Origin: Escherichia coli
GTDB lineage: Bacteria > Pseudomonadota > Gammaproteobacteria > Enterobacterales > Enterobacteriaceae
Strand: one strand, 5' to 3'
Length of the DNA: 64,000 nt
Assembly (NCBI RefSeq): GCF_044324785.1
Contig: NZ_CP172127.1
Shown piece after piece: positions 24,867 to 36,258 of the stretch (its first letter is position 1; every line of letters starts with the position of its first letter). The notes under the pieces are model-generated. The model did no database searches, was not told the DNA's origin, and worked only from the letters and a program-made list of their open reading frames with translations. A program made the translations under genes and the position numbers.

Positions 24867-25293
24867 TATTATTGTCTCTCTGTATTCCTTCCCTACTCCT
24901 GTCTGACCCTGAAACATCACTGTTCAGAGTCGCTACCCGTCACGATAGACCGAAATCATGAAGATTCACGGCGCGCAATGCCTGGGTCTACGGTGAGAAG
25001 ACCGTTGCCTTGTGGCAGCTATCGACATCACGAATGGCGTCTGTCCACGCCATACGTAGATTTCACTAGCACGGTAAACATGGTATTTACATGCATGGTT
25101 ATGCGCATATAAGAATACTGTTTTTTTTCTTCCTCGAATGTTTTCGCAAAACACCAGGGGATTGTCAAAGCAAAACATCGATTTTTAGTACAACATGCCA
25201 GATATTCATTACCAGGGGCGTTTATTCATCATTTAATCGGCTTATAAAGCGGGAAATTTAAGTAGCAGAGGTGATAATGACGGGAGAATTTGA

Positions 25294-26376
<1,083 letters not shown>

Positions 26377-26405
26377 TTTTACAAATCAGTAACAAAAGTA
26401 AAGAA

Positions 26406-26441
26406 GGCGACACCATGCGACTATGGGTCGCCTTTATTTTT
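26406..26441 (+). terminator. Rho-independent terminator after trxB
   Basis: ggcgac...gtcgcc stem followed by tttatttttt. Confidence 0.6.
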
Positions 26442-26498
26442 TCCTCGTTGTAACATTGCTCTGCAAATAATTCTGATAACTCACCTGCTAAGCGTGCA

Positions 26499-28265
26499 AT
26501 GAATAAATCCCGTCAAAAAGAGTTAACCCGCTGGTTAAAACAGCAAAGCGTCATCTCCCAACGTTGGCTGAATATTTCTCGTCTGCTGGGCTTTGTGAGC
26601 GGCATATTGATCATTGCCCAGGCCTGGTTCATGGCGCGAATTCTGCAACATATGATTATGGAGAATATTCCCCGTGAAGCCCTGCTGCTTCCCTTTACGT
26701 TACTGGTTCTGACCTTTGTACTGCGCGCATGGGTGGTCTGGTTACGCGAACGGGTGGGTTATCACGCCGGGCAGCATATCCGCTTTGCCATCCGCCGTCA
26801 GGTTCTCGACCGTCTGCAACAAGCAGGGCCAGCGTGGATTCAGGGTAAACCGGCGGGGAGCTGGGCGACGCTGGTACTCGAGCAAATTGACGATATGCAT
26901 GATTACTATGCACGCTACCTGCCGCAAATGGCGCTGGCAGTGTCGGTGCCGTTGCTGATTGTGGTAGCTATCTTCCCCTCTAACTGGGCTGCGGCGCTCA
27001 TTCTGCTGGGCACTGCTCCGTTAATTCCGTTGTTTATGGCGCTGGTTGGAATGGGGGCTGCCGATGCTAACCGACGTAACTTTCTCGCTCTTGCTCGCTT
27101 AAGTGGGCATTTTCTCGATCGCCTGCGCGGCATGGAAACATTGCGTATTTTTGGTCGTGGTGAAGCTGAAATTGAAAGTATTCGTTCTGCTTCGGAAGAT
27201 TTCCGCCAACGGACAATGGAAGTGCTACGGCTGGCGTTTTTATCCTCCGGCATTCTCGAATTTTTTACCTCGCTGTCAATTGCTCTGGTGGCGGTCTACT
27301 TTGGTTTTTCCTATCTCGGCGAGCTGGATTTTGGTCACTATGATACTGGCGTGACGCTGGCTGCGGGTTTTCTGGCCCTGATCCTTGCGCCGGAGTTTTT
27401 CCAGCCATTACGCGATCTCGGTACGTTTTATCATGCTAAAGCCCAGGCTGTTGGCGCAGCTGACAGTCTGAAAACGTTTATGGAAACCCCGCTCGCCCAT
27501 CCGCAACGTGGTGAGGCGGAATTAGCATCAACCGATCCGGTGACCATTGAAGCCGAGGATCTGTTTATTACATCACCAGAAGGTAAAACGCTGGCTGGAC
27601 CGCTGAACTTTACTTTGCCAGCAGGCCAACGTGCAGTGTTGGTTGGTCGCAGCGGTTCAGGTAAAAGCTCACTGCTGAACGCGCTTTCTGGTTTTCTCTC
27701 ATATCAGGGATCGCTACGAATCAACGGGATAGAATTACGCGATTTATCACCGGAATCATGGCGTAAGCATCTCTCCTGGGTTGGGCAAAACCCACAATTA
27801 CCGGCAGCAACACTACGGGATAACGTACTACTGGCACGACCTGATGCCAGCGAACACGAGTTACAAACAGCGCTGGATAACGCCTGGGTCAGTGAGTTTC
27901 TACCGCTCCTGCCACAAGGCGTTGATACGCCTGTTGGCGACCAGGCTGCCCGCCTTTCCGTGGGGCAGGCACAGCGCGTGGCGGTGGCCCGAGCATTACT
28001 AAATCCCTGTTCGCTATTACTGTTGGATGAACCCGCTGCCAGCCTTGATGCTCACAGTGAACAGCGCGTAATGGAGGCGCTTAATGCCGCCTCTCTGCGC
28101 CAGACAACGTTAATGGTCACCCACCAGTTAGAAGATCTTGCTGACTGGGATGTCATTTGGGTAATGCAGGATGGTCAGATTATTGAGCAAGGACGTTACG
28201 CGGAATTAAGCGTGGCTGGTGGTCCTTTCGCCACATTGCTGGCCCATCGTCAGGAGGAGATTTAA
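26499..28265 (+). CDS. cydD: Cysteine/glutathione ABC exporter subunit CydD
   Basis: 588 aa; TM domain plus ABC ATPase (GRSGSGKSS, LSVGQAQR). Confidence 0.95.
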   Translation: MNKSRQKELTRWLKQQSVISQRWLNISRLLGFVSGILIIAQAWFMARILQHMIMENIPREALLLPFTLLVLTFVLRAWVVWLRERVGYHAGQHIRFAIRRQVLDRLQQAGPAWIQGKPAGSWATLVLEQIDDMHDYYARYLPQMALAVSVPLLIVVAIFPSNWAAALILLGTAPLIPLFMALVGMGAADANRRNFLALARLSGHFLDRLRGMETLRIFGRGEAEIESIRSASEDFRQRTMEVLRLAFLSSGILEFFTSLSIALVAVYFGFSYLGELDFGHYDTGVTLAAGFLALILAPEFFQPLRDLGTFYHAKAQAVGAADSLKTFMETPLAHPQRGEAELASTDPVTIEAEDLFITSPEGKTLAGPLNFTLPAGQRAVLVGRSGSGKSSLLNALSGFLSYQGSLRINGIELRDLSPESWRKHLSWVGQNPQLPAATLRDNVLLARPDASEHELQTALDNAWVSEFLPLLPQGVDTPVGDQAARLSVGQAQRVAVARALLNPCSLLLLDEPAASLDAHSEQRVMEALNAASLRQTTLMVTHQLEDLADWDVIWVMQDGQIIEQGRYAELSVAGGPFATLLAHRQEEI

Positions 28266-29987
28266 ATGCGCGCTTTGCTACCCTATCTGGCACTGTATAA
28301 ACGTCATAAATGGATGTTAAGTCTTGGTATTGTGCTAGCAATTGTCACGCTGCTCGCCAGTATCGGTCTGTTGACACTTTCCGGCTGGTTCCTCTCCGCC
28401 TCAGCGGTAGCGGGGGTTGCCGGACTGTACAGCTTCAACTATATGCTACCCGCTGCGGGCGTGCGTGGCGCAGCAATCATCCGTACTGCCGGGCGCTATT
28501 TTGAACGTCTGGTAAGTCACGACGCGACTTTCCGCGTGTTGCAGCATCTGCGCATTTACACCTTCAGCAAATTGCTGCCCCTCTCCCCTGCCGGACTGGC
28601 GCGCTATCGTCAGGGCGAATTGCTCAACCGCGTGGTGGCGGATGTTGATACGCTCGATCATCTTTACCTGCGCGTTATCTCGCCGCTGGTGGGCGCTTTT
28701 GTGGTGATTATGGTGGTGACAATCGGGTTAAGTTTCCTTGATTTCACCCTCGCCTTTACGCTGGGCGGCATTATGTTACTGACGCTTTTCCTGATGCCAC
28801 CACTGTTTTATCGTGCGGGAAAAAGCACCGGGCAAAATCTGACTCATCTTCGCGGGCAGTATCGCCAACAACTGACGGCCTGGCTGCAAGGGCAAGCTGA
28901 GCTGACCATTTTTGGTGCCAGCGATCGTTATCGCGCGCAGTTAGAGAATACCGAAATTCAGTGGCTGGAAGCGCAACGTCGTCAATCTGAACTCACCGCA
29001 TTGTCGCAAGCGATAATGCTGCTCATTGGCGCGTTAGCGGTGATCCTGATGCTGTGGATGGCGTCTGGCGGCGTTGGCGGCAATGCTCAACCCGGCGCGT
29101 TAATTGCCCTGTTTGTCTTCTGCGCGTTAGCCGCGTTTGAAGCACTGGCACCAGTAACGGGTGCATTTCAGCATCTGGGGCAAGTCATTGCCTCTGCCGT
29201 ACGGATCACTGACTTAACGGATCAAAAACCGGAGGTCACCTTCCCTGATACCCAAACTCGTGTTGTCGATCGCGTTTCGCTGACGTTACGGGATGTTCAG
29301 TTCACTTATCCGGAGCAATCCCAACAGGCACTTAAAGGGATTTCTCTTCAGGTAAACGCCGGAGAACATATAGCGATTCTCGGGCGAACCGGATGCGGCA
29401 AATCAACACTGTTACAACTGCTGACCCGCGCATGGGACCCGCAACAGGGCGAGATTTTGCTTAACGATAGCCCCATAGCCAGCCTGAATGAAGCGACTCT
29501 ACGACAGACCATCAGCGTTGTGCCACAGCGAGTGCATCTGTTTAGCGCCACGCTGCGTGATAATCTGTTACTCGCCTCGCCTGGCAGTAGTGATGAGGCT
29601 CTGGCGGAGATCTTACGTCGCGTTGGTCTGGAGAAGCTGCTCGAGGATGCAGGTCTCAACAGTTGGTTAGGTGAAGGCGGACGCCAGCTCTCCGGTGGTG
29701 AACTACGCCGTCTGGCTATCGCCCGTGCGCTGTTACATAATGCGCCGCTGGTATTGCTGGATGAACCTACAGAAGGCTTAGATGCCACAACCGAAAGTCA
29801 GATCCTTGAATTGCTTGCAGAAATGATGCATGAGAAAACGGTGTTAATGGTCACCCATCGACTTCGCGGACTCTCTCGTTTCCAACAAATAATAGTGATG
29901 GACAACGGGCAAATTATTGAGCAAGGTACTCACGCAGAACTGCTTACCAGACAGGGGCGTTATTACCAGTTTAAGCAGGGTTTGTAA
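28266..29987 (+). CDS. cydC: Cysteine/glutathione ABC exporter subunit CydC
   Basis: 573 aa; TM domain plus ABC ATPase (GRTGCGKST, LSGGELRR); start abuts the cydD stop. Confidence 0.95.
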   Translation: MRALLPYLALYKRHKWMLSLGIVLAIVTLLASIGLLTLSGWFLSASAVAGVAGLYSFNYMLPAAGVRGAAIIRTAGRYFERLVSHDATFRVLQHLRIYTFSKLLPLSPAGLARYRQGELLNRVVADVDTLDHLYLRVISPLVGAFVVIMVVTIGLSFLDFTLAFTLGGIMLLTLFLMPPLFYRAGKSTGQNLTHLRGQYRQQLTAWLQGQAELTIFGASDRYRAQLENTEIQWLEAQRRQSELTALSQAIMLLIGALAVILMLWMASGGVGGNAQPGALIALFVFCALAAFEALAPVTGAFQHLGQVIASAVRITDLTDQKPEVTFPDTQTRVVDRVSLTLRDVQFTYPEQSQQALKGISLQVNAGEHIAILGRTGCGKSTLLQLLTRAWDPQQGEILLNDSPIASLNEATLRQTISVVPQRVHLFSATLRDNLLLASPGSSDEALAEILRRVGLEKLLEDAGLNSWLGEGGRQLSGGELRRLAIARALLHNAPLVLLDEPTEGLDATTESQILELLAEMMHEKTVLMVTHRLRGLSRFQQIIVMDNGQIIEQGTHAELLTRQGRYYQFKQGL

Positions 29988-30028
29988 GCTATTATTGAAC
30001 GATCCGACTTGCGTGGAGTTTTGCGGTC

Positions 30029-30733
30029 ATGCGCCTGGTTCAGCTTTCTCGCCATTCAATAGCCTTCCCTTCCCCGGAAGGCGCATTACGTGAGCCTAAC
30101 GGCCTGCTGGCACTTGGGGGCGATCTTAGCCCTGCGCGCCTGTTAATGGCTTACCAGCGTGGTATTTTTCCGTGGTTTTCTCCCGGCGACCCCATCCTCT
30201 GGTGGTCGCCCGATCCCCGCGCGGTGCTATGGCCAGAATCACTGCATATCAGCCGTAGTATGAAGCGATTTCATAAACGCTCGCCCTATCGAGTCACGAT
30301 GAATTACGCTTTTGGTCAGGTCATTGAAGGCTGTGCCAGCGATCGCGAAGAAGGAACCTGGATCACGCGTGGCGTGGTCGAAGCCTACCATCGCCTTCAC
30401 GAACTCGGTCATGCCCACTCCATTGAAGTCTGGCGTGAAGATGAGCTTGTCGGCGGTATGTACGGCGTGGCCCAGGGAACGCTATTTTGTGGCGAGTCCA
30501 TGTTCAGCCGGATGGAAAATGCGTCTAAAACGGCGCTTCTGGTATTCTGTGAGGAATTTCTTGGTCATGGCGGTAAACTTATCGACTGCCAGGTCCTTAA
30601 CGATCACACAGCGTCGCTTGGTGCCTGCGAAATTCCCCGCCGGGATTACCTCAATTATCTCAATCAAATGCGCCTCGGACGATTGCCGAATAATTTCTGG
30701 GTACCACGGTGCTTGTTTTCACCACAAGAATGA
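30029..30733 (+). CDS. aat: Leucyl/phenylalanyl-tRNA--protein transferase
   Basis: 234 aa; conserved position between cydC and infA. Confidence 0.9.
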   Translation: MRLVQLSRHSIAFPSPEGALREPNGLLALGGDLSPARLLMAYQRGIFPWFSPGDPILWWSPDPRAVLWPESLHISRSMKRFHKRSPYRVTMNYAFGQVIEGCASDREEGTWITRGVVEAYHRLHELGHAHSIEVWREDELVGGMYGVAQGTLFCGESMFSRMENASKTALLVFCEEFLGHGGKLIDCQVLNDHTASLGACEIPRRDYLNYLNQMRLGRLPNNFWVPRCLFSPQE

Positions 30734-31014
30734 ATGTTTTCGGCACATTTCTCCCCAGAGTGTTATAATTGCGGTCGCAGAGTTGGTTACGCTCATTACC
30801 CCGCTGCCGATAAGGAATTTTTCGCGTCAGGTAACGCCCATCGTTTATCTCACCGCTCCCTTATACGTTGCGCTTTTGGTGCGGCTTAGCCGTGTGTTTT
30901 CGGAGTAATGTGCCGAACCTGTTTGTTGCGATTTAGCGCGCAAATCTTTACTTATTTACAGAACTTCGGCATTATCTTGCCGGTTCAAATTACGGTAGTG
31001 ATACCCCAGAGGAT

Positions 31015-31236
<222 letters not shown>

Positions 31237-31275
31237 TTGTTTTACCGCCTGATGGGCGAAGAGAAAGAACGAGTA

Positions 31276-31305
31276 AAAGGTCGGTTTAACCGGCCTTTTT
31301 ATTTT
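31276..31305 (+). terminator. Rho-independent terminator after infA
   Basis: aaaggtcgg-tttaa-ccggccttt stem (one G-U pair) followed by a T-run. Confidence 0.6.
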
Positions 31306-31489
31306 GTGATATGTATGAAGTACTTTGGAAGTATAAATCCATAACTTGTCTCGATGTAGATATACTGCACAACTTGTTTACAGTATGAGCAAACAATAAT
31401 TATCATTAAAATTCTTCTTGACCGTTTTACTCCAACTCCCTATAGTAGCGCCCCGTTGCCACCCATGAGGTTTGGCAGCAAAACAATTT

Positions 31490-31577
31490 GGTGAGGTGTC
31501 CGAGTGGCTGAAGGAGCACGCCTGGAAAGTGTGTATACGGCAACGTATCGGGGGTTCGAATCCCCCCCTCACCGCCA
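31490..31577 (+). tRNA. serW: tRNA-Ser (anticodon GGA)
   Basis: 88-nt sequence GGTGAGGTGTCCGAGTGGCTGAAGGAGCACGCCTGGAAAGTG...GGTTCGAATCCCCCCCTCACCGCCA with a long variable arm and an encoded CCA; adjacent to infA as serW is in K-12. Confidence 0.95.
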
Positions 31578-31583
31578 GATTAT

Positions 31584-31620
31584 AAGCGCATGTTATTGTT
31601 TAACATGCGCTTTTTTATTT
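31584..31620 (+). terminator. Rho-independent terminator after tRNA-Ser
   Basis: agcgcatgtta-ttgtt-taacatgcgct perfect stem followed by ttttttattt. Confidence 0.65.
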
Positions 31621-31726
31621 ATCCTTCCGGACAGTATGCCATCGGGTATGCCATCTGAAACCGGTTTATATGCCCCGCGATCATATCTTATCGGACAATT
31701 TCCGATCTTTGAGCATACTGGCAAAG

Positions 31727-32569
31727 CTATACTGCCAGCATGTCAGGATAGTGTTTTGCGATAATATCATTCAGTCTGTCAACCAGTTCTGGTTTCCTGA
31801 ACGTGATGTGTGCGGAGCCCTTCTTAAAGTATCTGATGCTGAACATCTCATCTTCATAGTCCTCTTTACCCTGAACAGACTGGATGTGGTCATCCAGACG
31901 AAGGGTGATGTTTTCCCGGTTGTCGGGGATCGGTTTGCCGCTGAACAGGTGCAGCATTCTTTCCAGGTCGGCAAGTCGATCTACCTGGTGCCCGGTGATA
32001 AGATGAAATCCCCACCGGTCCCATCTCACCAGATTGTTGACGATAATTTTACTGCCAAATTTACAGGGGCAATTAGTTTTGTAATTCCAGCTCAATCCCC
32101 TGAAGACGTTGATCACCCCTCGCTCAAACACTTCATCTTTGTTCTGGTGCAGTTGTTCAAATGTGCTCAGAATGTTCGCTTCACTGACTTCCGGAAAATT
32201 ATCATACTCCAGTGACCGGTACCATGTATCACGGGCCTGTGCATCCATTAAGGAAAGCATCCCTGAACGTTGCATCAGGTCACGCCAGATTTCTCGGTCA
32301 AGATTCCGGGTAATGGCTTTCATTGCTGTTTCGGGTTTCTCCATCAGCCAGCAACCGCAGCGAAAATCCTGTTTCATGGCCCAGTCCGGGGCGGTTTTAC
32401 CTCCAATACTTTCTGTCATTGATGAGATTTCAGCCAGTTGCCGGATAAGTGTGTCGATTTGCAGCAGTGTACTCTTTCGTACAGCCAGAATGTGGCTGAC
32501 TGAGGTTGAGCAGATAACGTCCGTATGCCCGTTGACCACTTCCGGATGGGAGAGTGTGATTGCAGACAT
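31727..32569 (-). CDS. Island-associated DUF4942-like protein (methyltransferase-like), distal end of the CP4-44-like module
   Basis: 280 aa; resembles the protein that follows cbtA-linked genes in E. coli islands (recalled from memory, not searched). Confidence 0.6.
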   Translation of the reverse strand: MSAITLSHPEVVNGHTDVICSTSVSHILAVRKSTLLQIDTLIRQLAEISSMTESIGGKTAPDWAMKQDFRCGCWLMEKPETAMKAITRNLDREIWRDLMQRSGMLSLMDAQARDTWYRSLEYDNFPEVSEANILSTFEQLHQNKDEVFERGVINVFRGLSWNYKTNCPCKFGSKIIVNNLVRWDRWGFHLITGHQVDRLADLERMLHLFSGKPIPDNRENITLRLDDHIQSVQGKEDYEDEMFSIRYFKKGSAHITFRKPELVDRLNDIIAKHYPDMLAV

Positions 32570-32653
32570 AATTGATATTCCTTTTGGTTTATAAACGAAA
32601 ACGCCAGCCGTATTCAGGCTGGCGTCAGTGGAATGAAGTCTGGTGAGTAAGAC

Positions 32654-32851
32654 TCACCTGTTCTGTTGCAGAAGCTGCTGTTGGCGCAGGGTACGGATAT
32701 CTTCCCTGGCCTGTTCAATGCAGGGCAGCAGTGCTGCTGAATCCGTTTTATCCTCATCGTTGTCGAAGATAATCCCTGATTCGCAGTCAATATTGTCCTG
32801 CAGCCACGCAATCAGAATATCCAGCGCCGTTTCTGTGGTTAATGATTTCAT
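32654..32851 (-). CDS. Small island protein (DUF957-like)
   Basis: 65-aa acidic protein; position in the CP4-44-like gene order. Confidence 0.45.
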   Translation of the reverse strand: MKSLTTETALDILIAWLQDNIDCESGIIFDNDEDKTDSAALLPCIEQAREDIRTLRQQQLLQQNR

Positions 32852-32867
32852 GTTGTGAATTTACGGG

Positions 32868-33356
32868 TTACCAGTCGAAAGTGGGGAACCCCGGCAGACA
32901 TTCTGCGCCGGCGTCCAGATGAATGAGACTGACGCCATAACGCCGGGTGAGAGTGACGACCAGACGACGGAACGTTCTTGACAGGCCCAGGCGTTTAAGC
33001 CGCAGAACCGGGTACGACCATGCATCGGTACGTAACAGATAGCCGCTGCCTGTAAAATGAATCCATTCTGTTTCGCCGTCGTCATTAGTCTGGTGTGACA
33101 GCGAGTACAGCCAGGCGTTGTCCGTTTCCGTGATATGTGCGGTACTGCAACGTATGCCGGTAAGGGTTGTTAACGGTGGTGGTGTACTGGTTGACTGCTG
33201 GTCGGATTTATCGACCACGCGGAGTGAATAACCGTTTTCAGAGACCTTGTTAATCAGTTCAGCGAGATTAACACCATCGACGTCAACGACAATGCGCCCC
33301 ATGTTCAGCGCCTGCATGTTAATGCTGTCGGCTTCCGGCGTCAGGGAAAGGTTCAT
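32868..33356 (-). CDS. YeeW-like protein (DUF5983-like) downstream of cbtA
   Basis: 162 aa; start overlaps the cbtA stop by 4 bp, suggesting translational coupling. Confidence 0.5.
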   Translation of the reverse strand: MNLSLTPEADSINMQALNMGRIVVDVDGVNLAELINKVSENGYSLRVVDKSDQQSTSTPPPLTTLTGIRCSTAHITETDNAWLYSLSHQTNDDGETEWIHFTGSGYLLRTDAWSYPVLRLKRLGLSRTFRRLVVTLTRRYGVSLIHLDAGAECLPGFPTFDW

Positions 33357-33736
33357 TGTTTCGCCTCCTCCGGATGCTTGCCCAGGGTAATGTTATTTAC
33401 CATTCTGTAATTGTCCCGGGTCATCAGGCCGGTCGCCCTGCGAGCCCGGAGAATATCAATGCTGTTGATTAACTGAGACGACGGGGCTCCTGCGCTGAAT
33501 CCCGGCTGGTCAGTTCGTACCAGCACGTATTTTTCAACGAGAAAGTTCACCGCGTCACACAGTGAAATCCCTGCCTCAATATGCTGCTCAATCACACGTT
33601 CATCAGCGAACGGTGTGTCATTCAACGTAAGGCCATAGTGCTGGTCCAGCAGTCGGGTGAGCAGTGTCTGCCAGATTTCAACCGGAGACGGGCAGCGCGA
33701 TGCCGCCCGTACGTGTGTGTCGGGTAATGTTTTCAT
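33353..33736 (-). CDS. cbtA: Type IV toxin-antitoxin toxin CbtA (YeeV family; cytoskeleton-binding toxin)
   Basis: Start at the internal Met ([59 protein letters not shown]...), which closely matches K-12 YeeV as I recall it. Confidence 0.85.
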   Translation of the reverse strand: MKTLPDTHVRAASRCPSPVEIWQTLLTRLLDQHYGLTLNDTPFADERVIEQHIEAGISLCDAVNFLVEKYVLVRTDQPGFSAGAPSSQLINSIDILRARRATGLMTRDNYRMVNNITLGKHPEEAKQ

Positions 33737-33812
33737 ACTGAAGGTTTTCCTGATATGCAGAGATGAAAAATGGAAAAGTGGCGTGGTGAAAGCACCAGGC
33801 CGGAGCAGAAGG

Positions 33813-34193
33813 CTATTCCGGAGGGTTACTTTCCGTTTCGGTCGCAGGATAAACAGCCAGATAAACGTAACCACAGGAGCCGAGGGTGTCGGCATCGCAG
33901 GTCAGCCCTTTCGCATACAGCGTGACGGTATGCTGATGCCGGGGATTCAGTTCACCGCTGGTGAGCATGAGTTCCAGTTGTTTCATCAGCAGTGGAAAAG
34001 CCTGGTCCAGATGGTATGCATCCGCATTGCTGAACCGGCCTCTGATACCGGCGCGGTCTGCAAGGTAATGCAACCGGTTACCCTCCTGCACCAGACGTGC
34101 CCCGAAACAGGGCGTCACGATGCAGGGCAGCCCCCACCAGGGGCGGTCTTTGTTGTCGTCGGGAAGCGTTGTCCCGGGGAGTGTGTCTGACAC
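33813..34193 (-). CDS. cbeA: Type IV toxin-antitoxin antitoxin CbeA (YeeU family)
   Basis: GTG start at 34193 gives [49 protein letters not shown]..., matching YeeU as I recall it. Confidence 0.85.
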   Translation of the reverse strand: MSDTLPGTTLPDDNKDRPWWGLPCIVTPCFGARLVQEGNRLHYLADRAGIRGRFSNADAYHLDQAFPLLMKQLELMLTSGELNPRHQHTVTLYAKGLTCDADTLGSCGYVYLAVYPATETESNPPE

Positions 34194-34203
34194 GATAAAA
34201 TCC

Positions 34204-34887
34204 TCACAGAAAATCGGTGAATGATAGTTTAACGATGACGGGGCAGCCGGCGCGCAGACCGGCTTCGGTGAAGGTATATTCGTTGATGAGAAGGGCCTCA
34301 TCCACAGCGGCGTCTGAGGTCAGCCAGTCGTACTCGTTTTCCAGTTGACGGTACAACCAGAAGGCCAGGTCGCGCAGGGCTTCGCTGACTGCGGCTTCCG
34401 CATCGGTTGTCATAGCCTGACCAGTCGGACTGTTCCGGGTGACGGTGATATCCATGCAGTACGGATGGCAGTAACGTCCCCGGTGGTGGATTTCAGCCTG
34501 CAGTTGCCAGAAGTTACGCTTCTGCACCGCCTGCAGGGCATCCGCGATACGATGAAGCTCACGGTCCTGCGGGGCATACACCCCGACTCTCCTGGCTGTT
34601 GCTGACTGCCAGTGCCAGCGTCCTTCAAAACAGGCTCCGTCCCCCTGGCTGCAGAATCCGCTGAACCAGATGCACGGCTCTTCCATAAACCTGCCGTTGC
34701 TGAGCCGGATAACACGCTGGCGGAGGTCAATCCCGAAAATGCCACAGACCTCCCTGAAGTCCCCATACACGTTTTCATACCAGTTGCTGTCAGCATGATG
34801 CTGACGGTACCAGTCGCGGGCTTTTTCCTGTGCGGTGGAGGATAGCTCATTCAGTGTATACACAGTGGTGGTGATAATTCTGCTCAT
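34204..34887 (-). CDS. Hypothetical protein (227 aa), no family recognised, inserted between yeeT and cbeA
   Basis: Uninterrupted ORF tightly packed between yeeT (stop 34906) and cbeA (start 34193). I recognise no motifs. Confidence 0.5.
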   Translation of the reverse strand: MSRIITTTVYTLNELSSTAQEKARDWYRQHHADSNWYENVYGDFREVCGIFGIDLRQRVIRLSNGRFMEEPCIWFSGFCSQGDGACFEGRWHWQSATARRVGVYAPQDRELHRIADALQAVQKRNFWQLQAEIHHRGRYCHPYCMDITVTRNSPTGQAMTTDAEAAVSEALRDLAFWLYRQLENEYDWLTSDAAVDEALLINEYTFTEAGLRAGCPVIVKLSFTDFL

Positions 34888-34905
34888 CAGAGTGCCCTTA
34901 CTGAC

Positions 34906-35127
34906 TCAGTTCAGAGTGACGTTCATCAGCCGGACATACGGGCCAAAACTGTCCTTACGGCGTTCAGCAAACACGGCCAGCACACCGGGAATATCCTGCA
35001 CTTCACGACCGGTATACGCCTCAGCACTGCCGTGCCAGCGGTATTTGCCGGTACAGAAAGGAAAAAGACGGGATGCCGGATGTTGTTGGTGAATACGCAT
35101 GGCTTCACCACGGGTGATGATTTTCAT
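34906..35127 (-). CDS. yeeT: YeeT-family protein (DUF987)
   Basis: 73 aa MKIITRGEAMRIHQQHPASRLFPFCTGKYRWHGSAEAY..., matching YeeT as I recall it. Confidence 0.8.
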   Translation of the reverse strand: MKIITRGEAMRIHQQHPASRLFPFCTGKYRWHGSAEAYTGREVQDIPGVLAVFAERRKDSFGPYVRLMNVTLN

Positions 35128-35189
35128 AGTGTGATACCTCTGAAGACAGAAGATAAAAGTGCAAACAAGCGTGATGTGGTTGTGACGGG

Positions 35190-35681
35190 TTAAAGCAGAC
35201 CATGTTCGGCAAAGGAGAAAACCTGGTTGCCACCGACTATCAGATGGTCCGGCACCCGGATATCCACCAGGCCCAGTGCCTGTACCAGACGTTCCGTGAT
35301 AAGGCGGTCTGCCTTGCTGGGTGTGACTTCACCGGACGGGTGATTGTGCGCCAGCACCACGGCAGCGGCATTGTGGTACAGGGCGCGTTTAATCACTTCC
35401 CGGGGATGGACTTCCGTGCGGTTGATGGTGCCGGTGAAGAGGGTTTCACCGGCAATCAGCTGATTCTGGTTGTTCAGATACAGCACCCGGAATTCTTCAC
35501 GCTCCAGTCCCGCCATGTTCAGAATCAGCCATTCCCGTGCCGCACGGGTGGAGGTGAAGGCCACGCCGGGTTCATGAAGATGGCGGTCCAGAGTTTTCAG
35601 GGCCCGCAGAATGAGACTGCGCTCGCCGGGCGTCATCTCTCCGGGCAGAAAGGAAAGCTGCTGCATTGTCCCTGCCTCCAT
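35190..35681 (-). CDS. yeeS: RadC-like JAB-domain protein (YeeS family)
   Basis: JAB/MPN metalloprotease-like motif HNHPSGEVTPSKAD; the true start may be the Met at 35666. Confidence 0.8.
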   Translation of the reverse strand: MEAGTMQQLSFLPGEMTPGERSLILRALKTLDRHLHEPGVAFTSTRAAREWLILNMAGLEREEFRVLYLNNQNQLIAGETLFTGTINRTEVHPREVIKRALYHNAAAVVLAHNHPSGEVTPSKADRLITERLVQALGLVDIRVPDHLIVGGNQVFSFAEHGLL

Positions 35682-36167
35682 TCAGTCGATGATGCGCATA
35701 ATGGCGCTGCATTCCGGATGCTGCAGGGCGTAATCCCGCAGCCGGTAATAATGGACCGTCATGGCATAACACTCCGTACGACAGGCGTGATGACTGTACG
35801 TCATCAGACAGGCAGCAATGCCGGCAGCTTCCGGACTCATTTCAGCGCGGTTACCGTTCATGGCATTGAACAGTACCCATGTTTCGTCATCATCGTCATC
35901 CGGTTCGGGTGCCATAAATGCCCCGCCGTTGTTCAGGGTGTACAGATTCCAGATACCACCGCAGTAGTCTTCACACAGACGGTCCATCCAGCCGAAGACA
36001 CGGGGCTCCAGGGCCACCCACTGTGGAATGAGGCCAAAGTGCTGCGGCCAGAAGCTGATGCGCTGTTCATCAGGGACTATGGTGGCAACCAGCTGAGGCT
36101 GGTCATTCCCTGATGCAGCGGTTACGGAAACAGAAGGAGTGGTGGAATTATGCAAGACGGTTGTCAT
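35682..36167 (-). CDS. Antirestriction-like protein (YfjX/KlcA-like family)
   Basis: 161-aa acidic protein containing a DDDDDE stretch; position upstream of radC-like as in CP4-type modules. Confidence 0.65.
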   Translation of the reverse strand: MTTVLHNSTTPSVSVTAASGNDQPQLVATIVPDEQRISFWPQHFGLIPQWVALEPRVFGWMDRLCEDYCGGIWNLYTLNNGGAFMAPEPDDDDDETWVLFNAMNGNRAEMSPEAAGIAACLMTYSHHACRTECYAMTVHYYRLRDYALQHPECSAIMRIID

Positions 36168-36258
36168 GAGATTATTCCTTATAAAAAGTAAATGAATGGA
36201 AGAAATCCCGGGGGAAGGGACAGACGTGAGTCAGAACTGCGCTTTCAGGGAAACGGCA

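Noticed and set aside
35202-36113. 303-aa plus-strand ORF overlapping the radC-like and antirestriction genes
   Set aside because: The minus-strand genes have recognisable family signatures (JAB motif, acidic antirestriction-like protein); the plus-strand ORF is an antisense artefact.
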